A DNA stretch of 64,000 nt from Candidatus Omnitrophota bacterium (GTDB lineage: Bacteria; Omnitrophota; Gorgyraeia; Duberdicusellales; 4484-171). The stretch lies in assembly GCA_024231025.1 (NCBI GenBank), contig JAAEQW010000297.1, forward strand, positions 14,851-78,850, written 5' to 3'. Of this stretch, positions 28,752 through 37,968 are shown in pieces. Position 1 is the stretch's first letter, and each line of letters begins with the position of its first letter. The notes beneath the pieces were generated by a model. The model did no database searches, was not told the DNA's origin, and saw only the letters and a list, made by a program, of their open reading frames with translations. Both the position numbers and the translations under genes were made by a program.

Positions 28752-29639
28752 ATGGAAGCTTATCTCGAAGCATTTATTGATTATTTAAAGGTAGAAAAAG
28801 GGTTGTCTAAAAATTCAATTCTTGCTTACAATCAAGATTTGAAAAAATATGCTGATCATCTAAACGATAAAAATATAGTTAAGCCTGCTAAAATAGTACA
28901 AAAAGATGTAACTGATTTTTTATTTCTTCTTAGAAAGAATATTTCTCCAACCAGTATATCGCGAATATTATCAACAATTAAAAGTTTTCATAAATTCTTA
29001 TTACGCGAAAAAATAACAAATTCTGATCCAACGAATCTTATCCAGGCACCAAAGGTAGAAAAAAAGATACCATCTTTTTTGACTTTTAACGAGGTGAGCA
29101 AAACACTTAAGGCTTTAAATCTAAAAAATCTACGTGGATTACGTGATCGGGCAATTTTAGAGCTTATGTATGCAGCAGGGTTAAGGGTATCAGAGGCGTC
29201 GTCGCTTAGGATTTCTGATTTAAACTTTGAAGTAGGCTTTATTAAGTGTCGAGGAAAGGGGTCAAAGGAGAGGATTGTTCCCTTAGGCGGTGTGGCATCG
29301 CATTTTTTACAGCGATACATTAATGAAGCGCGTCCTAAATTATTAAAACAGAAGGCTTCGATTTATTTATTTTTAGCACAGGGCGGTCGGCGGCTGGGCA
29401 GGCAAAGCATTTGGAAGATGATCAAGAAGGTTGTTAAAAAGTGTGGTATTCGTAAAAAGGTTAGCCCACATACCTTGAGGCATTCTTTTGCTACGCACCT
29501 TTTAGAAAGAGGAGCCGATCTGCGCAGCGTTCAGGAGATGCTGGGGCATTCTAGTATAACTACTACTCAGATTTACACCCACATTAATCAAACAAGGCTG
29601 AAAGAGATACATATGAAATTTCATCCTCGAGCAAAATAA
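28752..29639 (+). CDS. xerD: tyrosine recombinase XerC/XerD
   Basis: 295 aa. Catalytic R..HTLRHSFATHLL..G.DL..VQEMLGH...TTQIYTH (R-H-R-Y). Confidence 0.8.
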   Translation: MEAYLEAFIDYLKVEKGLSKNSILAYNQDLKKYADHLNDKNIVKPAKIVQKDVTDFLFLLRKNISPTSISRILSTIKSFHKFLLREKITNSDPTNLIQAPKVEKKIPSFLTFNEVSKTLKALNLKNLRGLRDRAILELMYAAGLRVSEASSLRISDLNFEVGFIKCRGKGSKERIVPLGGVASHFLQRYINEARPKLLKQKASIYLFLAQGGRRLGRQSIWKMIKKVVKKCGIRKKVSPHTLRHSFATHLLERGADLRSVQEMLGHSSITTTQIYTHINQTRLKEIHMKFHPRAK

Positions 29640-29643
29640 AATT

Positions 29644-30909
29644 ATGGAAAAAAGAATCAAAAAACTTTCTTTGAATTTTAGAAAACTTTTAAAAGAGGCT
29701 TCTGCTCAGTCTGCATCATTGGGCTATGAGCTTTATTTAGTGGGGGGTGTGGTTCGTGATCTTTTACTAAAAAAATCTGTTTTTGATTTGGATCTTGTTG
29801 TCGAAGGCGATGCTATAGAGTTAGTTCGTCATTTAAAGCGTGATTATAATAAGCATCATACTTTTGGTACAGCGACTGTTTATTTTGATGAACATAAAAT
29901 TGATTTTGCAACTGCCCGACTTGAAAGTTACTCTCATCCGGGAGCTTTGCCGAGAGTGAAACCGGCGCCCTTAGCGGATGATCTTAAGCGCCGTGACTTT
30001 ACAATAAATGCTATGGCAATTAGCCTTAATAAGGGCAGTTACGGCCAGCTAATCGATCTCTATAGTGGGTTATCTGATTTGAAGAAGGGGGTAGTTAGAT
30101 TCTTGCATAACAATAGCTTTACAGATGATCCAACTAGAATATTGCGAGCAATAAGATTTGAACAACGTTTTAAATTTAGAATAGAAAAGAATACTTTAAA
30201 TCACATGGAAGCAGCGATATCAAATGGTGCGATACTTTCTGTTAATCCGCATCGCTTGCGTGATGAGTTAATTCTTCTTTTGAAAGAGCCCAAGCCATAT
30301 CGTTACATAAAACGAGTTAATAAGCTAGTTGGGTTTTCATTCTTGTCGCCTAAGAGTAGAAAAGCGTTAATTGTCGATTATGAACTGATTAGGCGTGTTC
30401 AAACAGCGCTATCTTTTTATAAAAAGAAATTCAGAAAGCATAGGAAAATAGATGATTGGGTGGTCTATCTAGCTGCGATTATTCTGTCAAAATCGGCTGG
30501 TAAAATAGAAGAGTTTATTCATTGTTTTGGTTTAAGAAAAAGTGAGAGATTGAGAATTCTTTCGATAAAGAAAAATATCTCTAAAATAAAACTACTCAAC
30601 AGGCAACTTAAACCGGCAAGTTTATATCGGATAATGGAGCCGTTAAGCTTTGAGAGTTTGATATTTTTTTACGCGTATTATCCCCAAAAAATGATACGAA
30701 AGAACATCATCTATTTTATGGATAAGCTTGCGACTGTGACACTGAAGATTAGAGGTAAGGACCTAATAAAGCTCGGTATCGCACCGTCGCGCCTATACAG
30801 TGAGGTCATGGGTAAAACTTTAAATGCTAAAATAGATAAATCGCTTAAGAGCAAGCGTGATGAGATCAGCGAAGCGCGTAAGATAATCCGTAGGTTAAAA
30901 ACTAAATAA
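29644..30909 (+). CDS. nucleotidyltransferase of the tRNA-NT/poly(A) polymerase family, no HD domain (CC-adding enzyme or PcnB-like)
   Basis: GGVVRDLLL...FDLDLVV head domain, RDFTINAMA. 421 aa with no HD motif. Second paralog in the window besides cca. Confidence 0.65.
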   Translation: MEKRIKKLSLNFRKLLKEASAQSASLGYELYLVGGVVRDLLLKKSVFDLDLVVEGDAIELVRHLKRDYNKHHTFGTATVYFDEHKIDFATARLESYSHPGALPRVKPAPLADDLKRRDFTINAMAISLNKGSYGQLIDLYSGLSDLKKGVVRFLHNNSFTDDPTRILRAIRFEQRFKFRIEKNTLNHMEAAISNGAILSVNPHRLRDELILLLKEPKPYRYIKRVNKLVGFSFLSPKSRKALIVDYELIRRVQTALSFYKKKFRKHRKIDDWVVYLAAIILSKSAGKIEEFIHCFGLRKSERLRILSIKKNISKIKLLNRQLKPASLYRIMEPLSFESLIFFYAYYPQKMIRKNIIYFMDKLATVTLKIRGKDLIKLGIAPSRLYSEVMGKTLNAKIDKSLKSKRDEISEARKIIRRLKTK

Positions 30910-30912
30910 GAG

Positions 30913-30941
30913 TTGAAAAGTAAAGGCTAATGAGTTATAAT
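30913..30941 (+). promoter_or_regulatory. consensus sigma70 promoter (TTGAAA-17-TATAAT) upstream of rbfA
   Basis: ttgaaa at 30913-30918 and tataat at 30936-30941. Confidence 0.45.
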
Positions 30942-30971
30942 CTCACTTCTAAAAGCTAAAAGAGGAGTCCT

Positions 30972-31331
30972 ATGTCATTGCGAATGGAAAAAGTTAATAA
31001 AGAGATTGGTCGCAAAGTGATGGAGATCATCCAGGCTGAAGTGGATGACCCGGCCATTGGTTTTTTATCGATTACAAAAGTAAATACTAGCAAGGATTTG
31101 CGGGAAAGTAAGGTATATTTCAGTATTTTAGACGAAAACCAGGTTGAACACGCCCAAGAAGTTTTAAACAAGATGAGCAAGTTTATTCGTGGGAATCTTG
31201 GCAAAAAAATGAGATTAAAGATTCTTCCTAGTTTAACATTTATACCAGATGATTCTATACGGTATAGTGTTCATATTTACGAAAAAATAGAAGAAGCCAA
31301 AGAAAGTGAAGGAGGCGATACCAATGTTTAA
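30972..31331 (+). CDS. rbfA: ribosome-binding factor A
   Basis: RVNKEIGRKVMEIIQ...ITKVNTSKDLRESKVYFS, typical RbfA. Confidence 0.85.
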   Translation: MSLRMEKVNKEIGRKVMEIIQAEVDDPAIGFLSITKVNTSKDLRESKVYFSILDENQVEHAQEVLNKMSKFIRGNLGKKMRLKILPSLTFIPDDSIRYSVHIYEKIEEAKESEGGDTNV

Positions 31332-32280
31332 GAAAATAATTGAACGCATCTCTGAGAGTAAAAGTTTTATTATTACCGCGCATATGAACTTAGAAGGTGA
31401 TGCGCTGGGTTCAGAGCTGGCGATGTATGCTATTCTAAGAAAAATGGGTAAAAAGGTAGTTGTGTTTAACAATGATCCCACGCCACATATTTATAGTTTT
31501 CTTCCAAATGTAAAGGTTATTAAAAATGATATCGGCAATCAAAGTTTTGATACAGCCATTGTTCTAGATTGCTCTGATCCCTATCGCACAGGCAAGGTGA
31601 AGGATTATTTAGGAAGAGCAAAGCACATTATTAATATTGACCATCATATTAGTAATACCCAGTTTGGTGATTTAAACTGGGTTGAGCCAACGCAAAGCTC
31701 TACTTGTCAGATGCTTTATAAATTTTGCGAGAAGTTAAAAATTATGGATAAAAAGATTGCGCTTTGTCTTTATACTGGAATTTTTACCGATACCGGTAAA
31801 TTCACTTACAGTAATACCAATAAAGACACTCATCGGATTGTTTCTAATCTAATGAAATTTAATATTAGTCCGAACACTGTTTTTGAAAAGATTAATAGCC
31901 TATGCATGCCGCATGACTTAGAGTTTATTGGTAAACTCATCGCGTCTTTAAAATTTGATCAAAACAGAAAAATTTGCTGGATATCAATTGAAAAATGGAT
32001 AGAAAGTGAATATGACCTTACTGAAGTGGTTTTTTCCATAATGCGCTTGCTTAAAGATGTTGAGGTGCTTCTTTTATTTAAGCGATTAGACGGTAACAAA
32101 GTCAGAATTAATTTTCGCTCACGTTCGTTTGTCGATGTAAATAGAGTTGCTAAATTTTTTGGTGGTGGTGGCCATAAACGAGCAAGTGGAACTACCGTGA
32201 ATGGCAGTTTGGAAAATGTTGAAAAAAAAGTTGTTTCTTTCATAAAAAAATACACAAATGGTTCAAAAAAGAAACGATAA
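31324..32280 (+). CDS. nrnA: DHH-family phosphoesterase NrnA (oligoribonuclease/pAp phosphatase)
   Basis: DHH motifs (ITAHMNLEGDALGS, NIDHHISN) and DHHA1 GGGH. Start taken at the Met after SD GGAGG. Confidence 0.75.
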   Translation: MFKKIIERISESKSFIITAHMNLEGDALGSELAMYAILRKMGKKVVVFNNDPTPHIYSFLPNVKVIKNDIGNQSFDTAIVLDCSDPYRTGKVKDYLGRAKHIINIDHHISNTQFGDLNWVEPTQSSTCQMLYKFCEKLKIMDKKIALCLYTGIFTDTGKFTYSNTNKDTHRIVSNLMKFNISPNTVFEKINSLCMPHDLEFIGKLIASLKFDQNRKICWISIEKWIESEYDLTEVVFSIMRLLKDVEVLLLFKRLDGNKVRINFRSRSFVDVNRVAKFFGGGGHKRASGTTVNGSLENVEKKVVSFIKKYTNGSKKKR

Positions 32281-32941
32281 AGAAGGCATATTGCTAGTTG
32301 ATAAACCAAGCGGGATGACGTCGCATGATGTTGTGGATGTTGTGCGCCGACGTCTTGATATGCAAAAGGTTGGTCATGCTGGCACTCTTGATCCTTTAGC
32401 CGAAGGGCTTTTGGTTATGTTGGTTGGTAAGGCCACAAAGCTGTTTTCGAAGTTTGTGAATTTTGATAAAGAGTATATCGGCGTATTAAAGCTAGGTGAG
32501 GTAACGTCTACCGGGGATTCTCAAGGAGAAGTTCTCACGTGCGCTGACTATAGCGATATCGATATGGAAAAATTAAAAAAAGCGTTCTTGCAATTTGAAG
32601 GTGAGACTGATCAGATTCCGCCAATGGTGAGTGCCTTGCGAATTAAAGGCAAGCGCTTATACAGTTTAGCTAGAAAAGGCATAACTGTTGAGCGCAAGCC
32701 ACGAAGGATTAAGATATCACCGTTAGAAATACAGGAAGTTAATTTTCCGTTTGTTCAATTTTATGCTCATTGTTCAAAAGGAACTTACATAAGAAAGCTT
32801 GCTGAAGATATTGGAGAAGTTTTAGGCTGTGGTGCGCATATTGTAAAAATAATGCGTTTGAGTATCGGCCCATTTAAGTTAGAAGATGCAATCAAGATGG
32901 ACAATATAAGCGAGGCATCTTTGCGGCCTTATTGCCTTTAA
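32258..32941 (+). CDS. truB: tRNA pseudouridine(55) synthase
   Basis: GILLVDKPSGMTSHDVV and GHAGTLDPLAEGLL. Confidence 0.9.
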   Translation: MVQKRNDKEGILLVDKPSGMTSHDVVDVVRRRLDMQKVGHAGTLDPLAEGLLVMLVGKATKLFSKFVNFDKEYIGVLKLGEVTSTGDSQGEVLTCADYSDIDMEKLKKAFLQFEGETDQIPPMVSALRIKGKRLYSLARKGITVERKPRRIKISPLEIQEVNFPFVQFYAHCSKGTYIRKLAEDIGEVLGCGAHIVKIMRLSIGPFKLEDAIKMDNISEASLRPYCL

Positions 32942-32947
32942 GTTGCC

Positions 32948-33859
32948 ATGAGAGTTTTCTACGGCAAATTTCCATCTAAGCGAATAGAATGCGTTGCAAC
33001 AATTGGTGTTTTTGACGGACTTCACTTAGGGCATCGCTACATTATCGATAAAGTTAAAGACTATGCGAAGAAAGAAAAAATTCCCTCACTGGTTATCACT
33101 TTTGACGTCCCTCCGCGTTTAATTTTAAACAAACAGTTTTCCGGATGCATAAGTACACTAGAAGACAAAATAGAAACATTTAGGTCATTAGGTGTGAGCT
33201 ATCTCTGGGTTTTAAAAACTCGCAACTCTCTATTGAGATTGTCTGGAGAAGATTTTTTGAATTTTGTTTTTAGGCATCTTGCGGTTAAAAAAATAATTGT
33301 TGGTAGTGATTTTCGTTTTGGTCGGCGAGGGCGCTATAATGCAGAAACGCTAAATAAATTTGGGAAAAAGTTTGGTTTTAAAGTTTCGTCGATTAAAAAA
33401 AGAAAATTGGATAAAGAGATCATAAGTAGTTCTTTGTTGCGGGAGCTGATAAAAAAAGGAAATATAAAAGATACCAATAAATTTCTGGGAAGAAATTATT
33501 CGTTCAAGGGCGAAGTTATTAAAGGTGTTGGAAAGGGCAAAAAGCTCGGATTTCCTACCGCAAACATCTCAACGATTAACCGTGCTGTTGTGCCGAAGGG
33601 GGTGTATGCCGCTTCGGTTAAAGTGGGGACGAAAACTTATTTAGCTGCAGTTAATATCGGAACCAAACCAACAATTACTCGTTCAAAAAAAGTTATTATC
33701 GAAACTCACATAATAAATTTCTCAAAGGACATTATTGGTAAAGAAATTGAGATCAGTCTTTTGAAGAGAATAAGAGACGAAAAAAAATTTTCCTCCTTGG
33801 AAAAATTAAAGCAAGCCATTGCTGCCGATGTTAGTCATGTCATAGACCAAAGACAATAG
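32948..33859 (+). CDS. ribF: bifunctional riboflavin kinase / FMN adenylyltransferase
   Basis: IGVFDGLHLGHRYII in the FAD synthetase domain, plus a C-terminal riboflavin kinase domain. Confidence 0.85.
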   Translation: MRVFYGKFPSKRIECVATIGVFDGLHLGHRYIIDKVKDYAKKEKIPSLVITFDVPPRLILNKQFSGCISTLEDKIETFRSLGVSYLWVLKTRNSLLRLSGEDFLNFVFRHLAVKKIIVGSDFRFGRRGRYNAETLNKFGKKFGFKVSSIKKRKLDKEIISSSLLRELIKKGNIKDTNKFLGRNYSFKGEVIKGVGKGKKLGFPTANISTINRAVVPKGVYAASVKVGTKTYLAAVNIGTKPTITRSKKVIIETHIINFSKDIIGKEIEISLLKRIRDEKKFSSLEKLKQAIAADVSHVIDQRQ

Positions 33860-33886
33860 ACCATAGACAATAGACCGTTGGTCTAG
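33841..33886 (+). repeat. tandem heptad array (C/A)A(T/A)AGAC x5, reverse complement of GTCTATG, spanning the ribF stop
   Basis: catagac caaagac aatagac catagac aatagac, then ggtctag. Confidence 0.6.
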
Positions 33887-34080
33887 TTATAAGTTGTAAG
33901 TATTAAGTATTAAGTCCGGAAATCCGGAAAAAAACTTCTCCGCACCGAATTATTTTATTTAACGGAGTCCCGTAAAACGGAAAATCCTTAATTCTTACGT
34001 GGTTTTAAATTCTACGTTATGGTTTTGCGTTTTGCGCTTTTAGTTTTGCGCTACAGAGTCGACCATAGACCATTCATAAT
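33886..34080 (+). repeat. composite intergenic repeat D: 'agttataagttgtaag' taagt repeats, tccgga direct repeats, family-1 terminal repeat, flanked by catagac motifs
   Basis: agttataagttgtaagtattaagtattaagt. The block ggttttgcgttttgcgcttttagttttgcgc resembles the family-1 terminal repeat. gaccatagacc at 34061-34071. Confidence 0.5.
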
Positions 34081-34167
34081 TCTTAATTCCTTTTAACTAT
34101 ATTTAGTATTTTTTTTATTTTGCATCCGCAATTTGTTGTGTTTATCTTTCTAATTTGTGAAACACTC

Positions 34168-34196
34168 TTGACAAAAGATATGCATAGAGTTATATT
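34168..34196 (+). promoter_or_regulatory. sigma70-like promoter of the dcw cluster (TTGACA-17-TATATT)
   Basis: ttgaca at 34168-34173 and tatatt at 34191-34196. Confidence 0.4.
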
Positions 34197-34203
34197 TGTA
34201 CTG

Positions 34204-34232
34204 TGGAGTAAAAGGGAGTAAAGTGGAATGTG
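34204..34232 (+). promoter_or_regulatory. predicted MraZ operator: direct repeats GTGGA / AGGGA / GTGGA at ~10-bp spacing overlapping the mraZ start
   Basis: gtgga (34204), aggga (34213), gtgga (34223). MraZ is known to bind TGGGN-type direct repeats in its own promoter. Confidence 0.35.
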
Positions 34233-34659
34233 GTATGGAGAGTACAATCACACGCTAGATGAGAAGGATAGATTTATCCTTCCGGCGAAGTTTCGTGAAA
34301 AGATAAAATCTTTTAAAAGGAAGAAGTTTTATGTTACTCGCGGTCTGGAAGGTTGTCTTTTTATGTTTCATCAGGATGTTTGGCGCACGTTAGAAGAAAA
34401 ATTAAAAACACTATCTTTTACAAAGCAACAATCGCGTTCATTTAATCGATTGTATTTTAGTGGTGCATGTGAAATTACCGTTGACTCTCAAGGGCGAGTA
34501 GCAATTCCAGAGTATTTAAAAACATATGCCGATATGTATCGCGATGTCGTTATTATCGGTGTGGCTGATAGAATCGAAGTCTGGAGCAAAAAACGCTGGA
34601 GTACATTTTTTACTGAAAATTCCAAAAAATTTGAAGATGTAGCTGAAGATCTTTTTTAA
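34228..34659 (+). CDS. mraZ: transcriptional regulator MraZ
   Basis: 143 aa, two MraZ/SpoVT-AbrB repeats (LDEKDRFILPAKFRE, VDSQGRVAIPEYL). Confidence 0.85.
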   Translation: MWYGEYNHTLDEKDRFILPAKFREKIKSFKRKKFYVTRGLEGCLFMFHQDVWRTLEEKLKTLSFTKQQSRSFNRLYFSGACEITVDSQGRVAIPEYLKTYADMYRDVVIIGVADRIEVWSKKRWSTFFTENSKKFEDVAEDLF

Positions 34660-34892
34660 TTGTTAATAAGACATTTTGCTGGGGGGGCGGTGTCACGCTA
34701 TAAAAACAAGGAGGTGTTATGAACAGTGTTCTTAGGATTAAAAATTACAAAAAAATAAAAGCTAAGAAAGACAAAAAGCAACTCATTGGTTCTTCATTTG
34801 CTTCATTGTCTGGTTTTCGTATTTGCAGTATTTATGGTAGGAAATCAACTTCTGTTTTGGCAAAAGCAGCAAGATAAATGCTTTAGCGAAAT

Positions 34893-35789
34893 ATGGAGGA
34901 GGTAAAGCACTATCCGGTTATGTACAGAGAAGTTCTGGACTTATTAGAAATAAAGAACAAAAAGCTAGTTGTTGACTGCACAGTTGGGACAGGCGCTCAT
35001 GCTTACAAGATGCTGGAGGTAATGGATAAAGATGGTGCACTTATCGGCATCGATAAGGATGAAGAGTCTTTAGCAGTCGCTAAACAGCGGCTAATTCCTT
35101 TTGAAGGTAGATTTACTCTTATAAAAAGTGATTTTTTTGATTTAGATACGGCGTTGGAGAACCTAAACGTTACCGAAGTGGATGCATTTTTGTTTGATTT
35201 AGGGATATCGACGTACCAACTAAGCAATCCTGAGCGTGGTTTTAGTTTTTTAAAGGACGGCCCATTAGATATGCGGATGAATCGTGATACTTTTATGTCA
35301 GCTCAGGATTTGGTAACTAATCTAAGTGAATTCGAGTTAAGTAGTATATTCAAGAAGTTTGGTGAAGAACGTTACTCAAAACGGTTGGCGCGCTCAATTA
35401 TTACAGCTAGAGGCAAAGGCCCGATCTCAACAACTGCTCAGCTATCTGAGATAATTTTTAACGCGGTCCCTTATAAGGCCAGGCATCAACGCATTCACCC
35501 AGCAACAAGAGCGTTTCAGGCGTTACGCATTGCGGTCAATAAAGAGTTAGATGTATTGGAGTCGGCGATACGAAAGGCCGCCTCATTCCTTAAGCAGGAC
35601 GGAAGGATCGGTGTTATTTCCTTCCATTCATTAGAAGATCGTATCGCAAAGCATACGATTAGGAGCCTTTATTCTGATGGGGTTTTAAAGATAATTACAA
35701 AAAAGCCATTATTGCCAAGCGATGAAGAGATTTCCAAAAACAAAGCTTCACGTTCGGCAAAAATGCGAGTAGCGGTAAAAGTTGCTTAG
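34893..35789 (+). CDS. rsmH: 16S rRNA (cytosine1402-N4)-methyltransferase
   Basis: HYPVMYREVLDLL, DCTVGTGAHA, FDLGISTYQL. Confidence 0.9.
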   Translation: MEEVKHYPVMYREVLDLLEIKNKKLVVDCTVGTGAHAYKMLEVMDKDGALIGIDKDEESLAVAKQRLIPFEGRFTLIKSDFFDLDTALENLNVTEVDAFLFDLGISTYQLSNPERGFSFLKDGPLDMRMNRDTFMSAQDLVTNLSEFELSSIFKKFGEERYSKRLARSIITARGKGPISTTAQLSEIIFNAVPYKARHQRIHPATRAFQALRIAVNKELDVLESAIRKAASFLKQDGRIGVISFHSLEDRIAKHTIRSLYSDGVLKIITKKPLLPSDEEISKNKASRSAKMRVAVKVA

Positions 35790-36231
35790 AATGAAAGAAA
35801 CTATACTTAATTTTTATGACAAATTTCTTGATCTCAAGGGAAGTATTCTCGGAGGTCTGTTGCCTCTGAGTTTTACTAAAACTTTGATTTTAGTAGGTGT
35901 TGTTTTTATATCTACTTTCGCGTATCTTCATCAGAAAGTGACAGTTTTTGTTGAGGCATATCAGCTAACCAAAAATTACCACACTTATAACGATTTAGTT
36001 GATGAGCGAGACTATCTTCTGTATAATGTTTCCAAAGAGGTTTCTTTGCCCAAAATTAATCAATGGGCAAAGAGCAATGACTTTTTTTTCGTGGGAGAAG
36101 AAAAGGTATTAGCGATGGATTTGAGAGAGCAAAGAATACCCACGCTTGGCAGCAAGCTAGCCTCGGTTTTTAGTGGTTTCATGAAGCTTCCAACAGGGGG
36201 AGCGACTGTTTTAGCGAGCGACGAGCAGTAA
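35782..36231 (+). CDS. ftsL: cell division protein FtsL-like (single-pass membrane protein)
   Basis: 149 aa with one TM helix, located between rsmH and ftsI. No strong sequence signature. Confidence 0.45.
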   Translation: MLRMKETILNFYDKFLDLKGSILGGLLPLSFTKTLILVGVVFISTFAYLHQKVTVFVEAYQLTKNYHTYNDLVDERDYLLYNVSKEVSLPKINQWAKSNDFFFVGEEKVLAMDLREQRIPTLGSKLASVFSGFMKLPTGGATVLASDEQ

Positions 36232-36282
36232 ATTGTTAAACTCTTTCCTAATTGTCTGAAATAAAATGAGTTACTTAGTATT

Positions 36283-37968
36283 GTGAAGAAAGAAGATAAA
36301 GCAAGATTACGTTATGTCCATGTTATTTTTTTGTTTTTCTTTTTTGCTTTGTTTCTGCGAATAGTTTACTTGCAGGTTTTTCGAAAAGATTTCTTACGCA
36401 ACTTATCAGAAAATCAATATTATCGGCTTATTCCTCTTGAGGGAAAACGGGGTAAAATTTTAGACCGCAGAGGAAGAACTCTGGCAACTAGCCTTAATTG
36501 TTATTCTATTTTTGCTGATCCGCATCTGCTTAAGTCATCAAGTGAAACCGCCCGATTGTTATCTGCTGAATTGGGGATTGATACCGACGTTCTTGTTAAA
36601 AAGTTTGCCAAAAAGGGACGGTTTGTTTGGCTTAAACGCAAGGTTGACCTCAAGGTGAAAAATCGAGTAAAAGCGTTAAATCTAAGGGGCATAGGGTTCT
36701 TAAAAGAGAAAAAAAGATTTTATCCGCAGGAGGAACTTGCTGCGGCAGTTCTTGGAATAGTTGATACCGACAATAATGGATTAGAAGGGTTAGAGCTGCA
36801 GTATAACACGTATCTTCGCGGTAAAGAAGGTTGGGCTAGGTTGCTACACGATTCTGCATCAAGAGAAGTTATATTGAGTCCGCATATAATAAGTCCTCAA
36901 AGCGGAGGAGATTTGGCATTAACGATCGATGCTCAAATACAGTATTGGTGTGAAACGTACCTTAAAGAAACAATTATTGATTTCAGAGCTGAGGCTGGCA
37001 GCGTAATCGTTGTCGATGCATCTAATGGTGATGTTCTTGCTCTTTCAAATTATCCGACTTTTAACCCTAACCAGCGCGAAACTATTACTAAAGATAATTT
37101 ACGCAATCGAGCAGTTTCTGATGTTTTTGAGCCTGGTTCGGTGTTTAAGATAGTTACGCTATTGGCAGCTATCGATAGAGAATCTTTTAAGGATGATGAT
37201 GTTATATTTTGTGAAAATGGAGAAATGAAGATTCCGGGATCTACGCTGCACGATTGGAAACCGTATGGTGATCTTACGTTTAGAGAGGTTTTCAAAAAAT
37301 CGAGCAATATTGGTATTGGTAAAATTGCCAATAGAGTCGGTATGGATGACTTGTATGATTACATTGAGAAGCTTGGTTTTGGGAAAAAAACCGGCATTGA
37401 TTTTCCTGGTGAGGTTAAGGGGTTGCTAAAACCTCTTAGTAGGTGGTCTAAAACGTCGGCTTATATTATCCCGATCGGTCAGGAAATAGGTACTAATCTA
37501 GTTCAACTGTCTAGAGCTTTTGCGGTAATTGCTAATGGAGGATACCTTATCCGACCGCGCATAACACAAAACATAAGTTTTTTGGCTTCAAACAAGAAAA
37601 TTTTGATAGATCGCATTAGAGTAGTGCCGGCTTCAGTAGCAGAACATGCTAGAAGTGTTTTAATTGAGGTTGTAGAAGATGGCACTGGTAAGCGTGCGAA
37701 AATAAACAATGTTACCATTGGAGGCAAGACCGGTACCGCTCAGAAATATGATCCCGAAATAGGCAGATATTCACATAACAAGTATCGGGCATCATTCGTG
37801 GGATTTATAATGCTAGACTCACCGCTGGTCATGGCGGTTACTATCGATGAGCCAAAGAAGCATCATTTTGGAGGGGTTATTGCTGCGCCTCTTTTTCGTA
37901 AAATAGCTGAGAAGACCGTTAAGTATCTGTCAGGAGAAAAAACTTTAATTTATGAAGATCAACTCTAA
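36283..37968 (+). CDS. ftsI: peptidoglycan D,D-transpeptidase FtsI (class B PBP)
   Basis: N-terminal TM and dimerisation domain. Transpeptidase motifs SVFK, SSN, KTGT. GTG start. Confidence 0.85.
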   Translation: MKKEDKARLRYVHVIFLFFFFALFLRIVYLQVFRKDFLRNLSENQYYRLIPLEGKRGKILDRRGRTLATSLNCYSIFADPHLLKSSSETARLLSAELGIDTDVLVKKFAKKGRFVWLKRKVDLKVKNRVKALNLRGIGFLKEKKRFYPQEELAAAVLGIVDTDNNGLEGLELQYNTYLRGKEGWARLLHDSASREVILSPHIISPQSGGDLALTIDAQIQYWCETYLKETIIDFRAEAGSVIVVDASNGDVLALSNYPTFNPNQRETITKDNLRNRAVSDVFEPGSVFKIVTLLAAIDRESFKDDDVIFCENGEMKIPGSTLHDWKPYGDLTFREVFKKSSNIGIGKIANRVGMDDLYDYIEKLGFGKKTGIDFPGEVKGLLKPLSRWSKTSAYIIPIGQEIGTNLVQLSRAFAVIANGGYLIRPRITQNISFLASNKKILIDRIRVVPASVAEHARSVLIEVVEDGTGKRAKINNVTIGGKTGTAQKYDPEIGRYSHNKYRASFVGFIMLDSPLVMAVTIDEPKKHHFGGVIAAPLFRKIAEKTVKYLSGEKTLIYEDQL

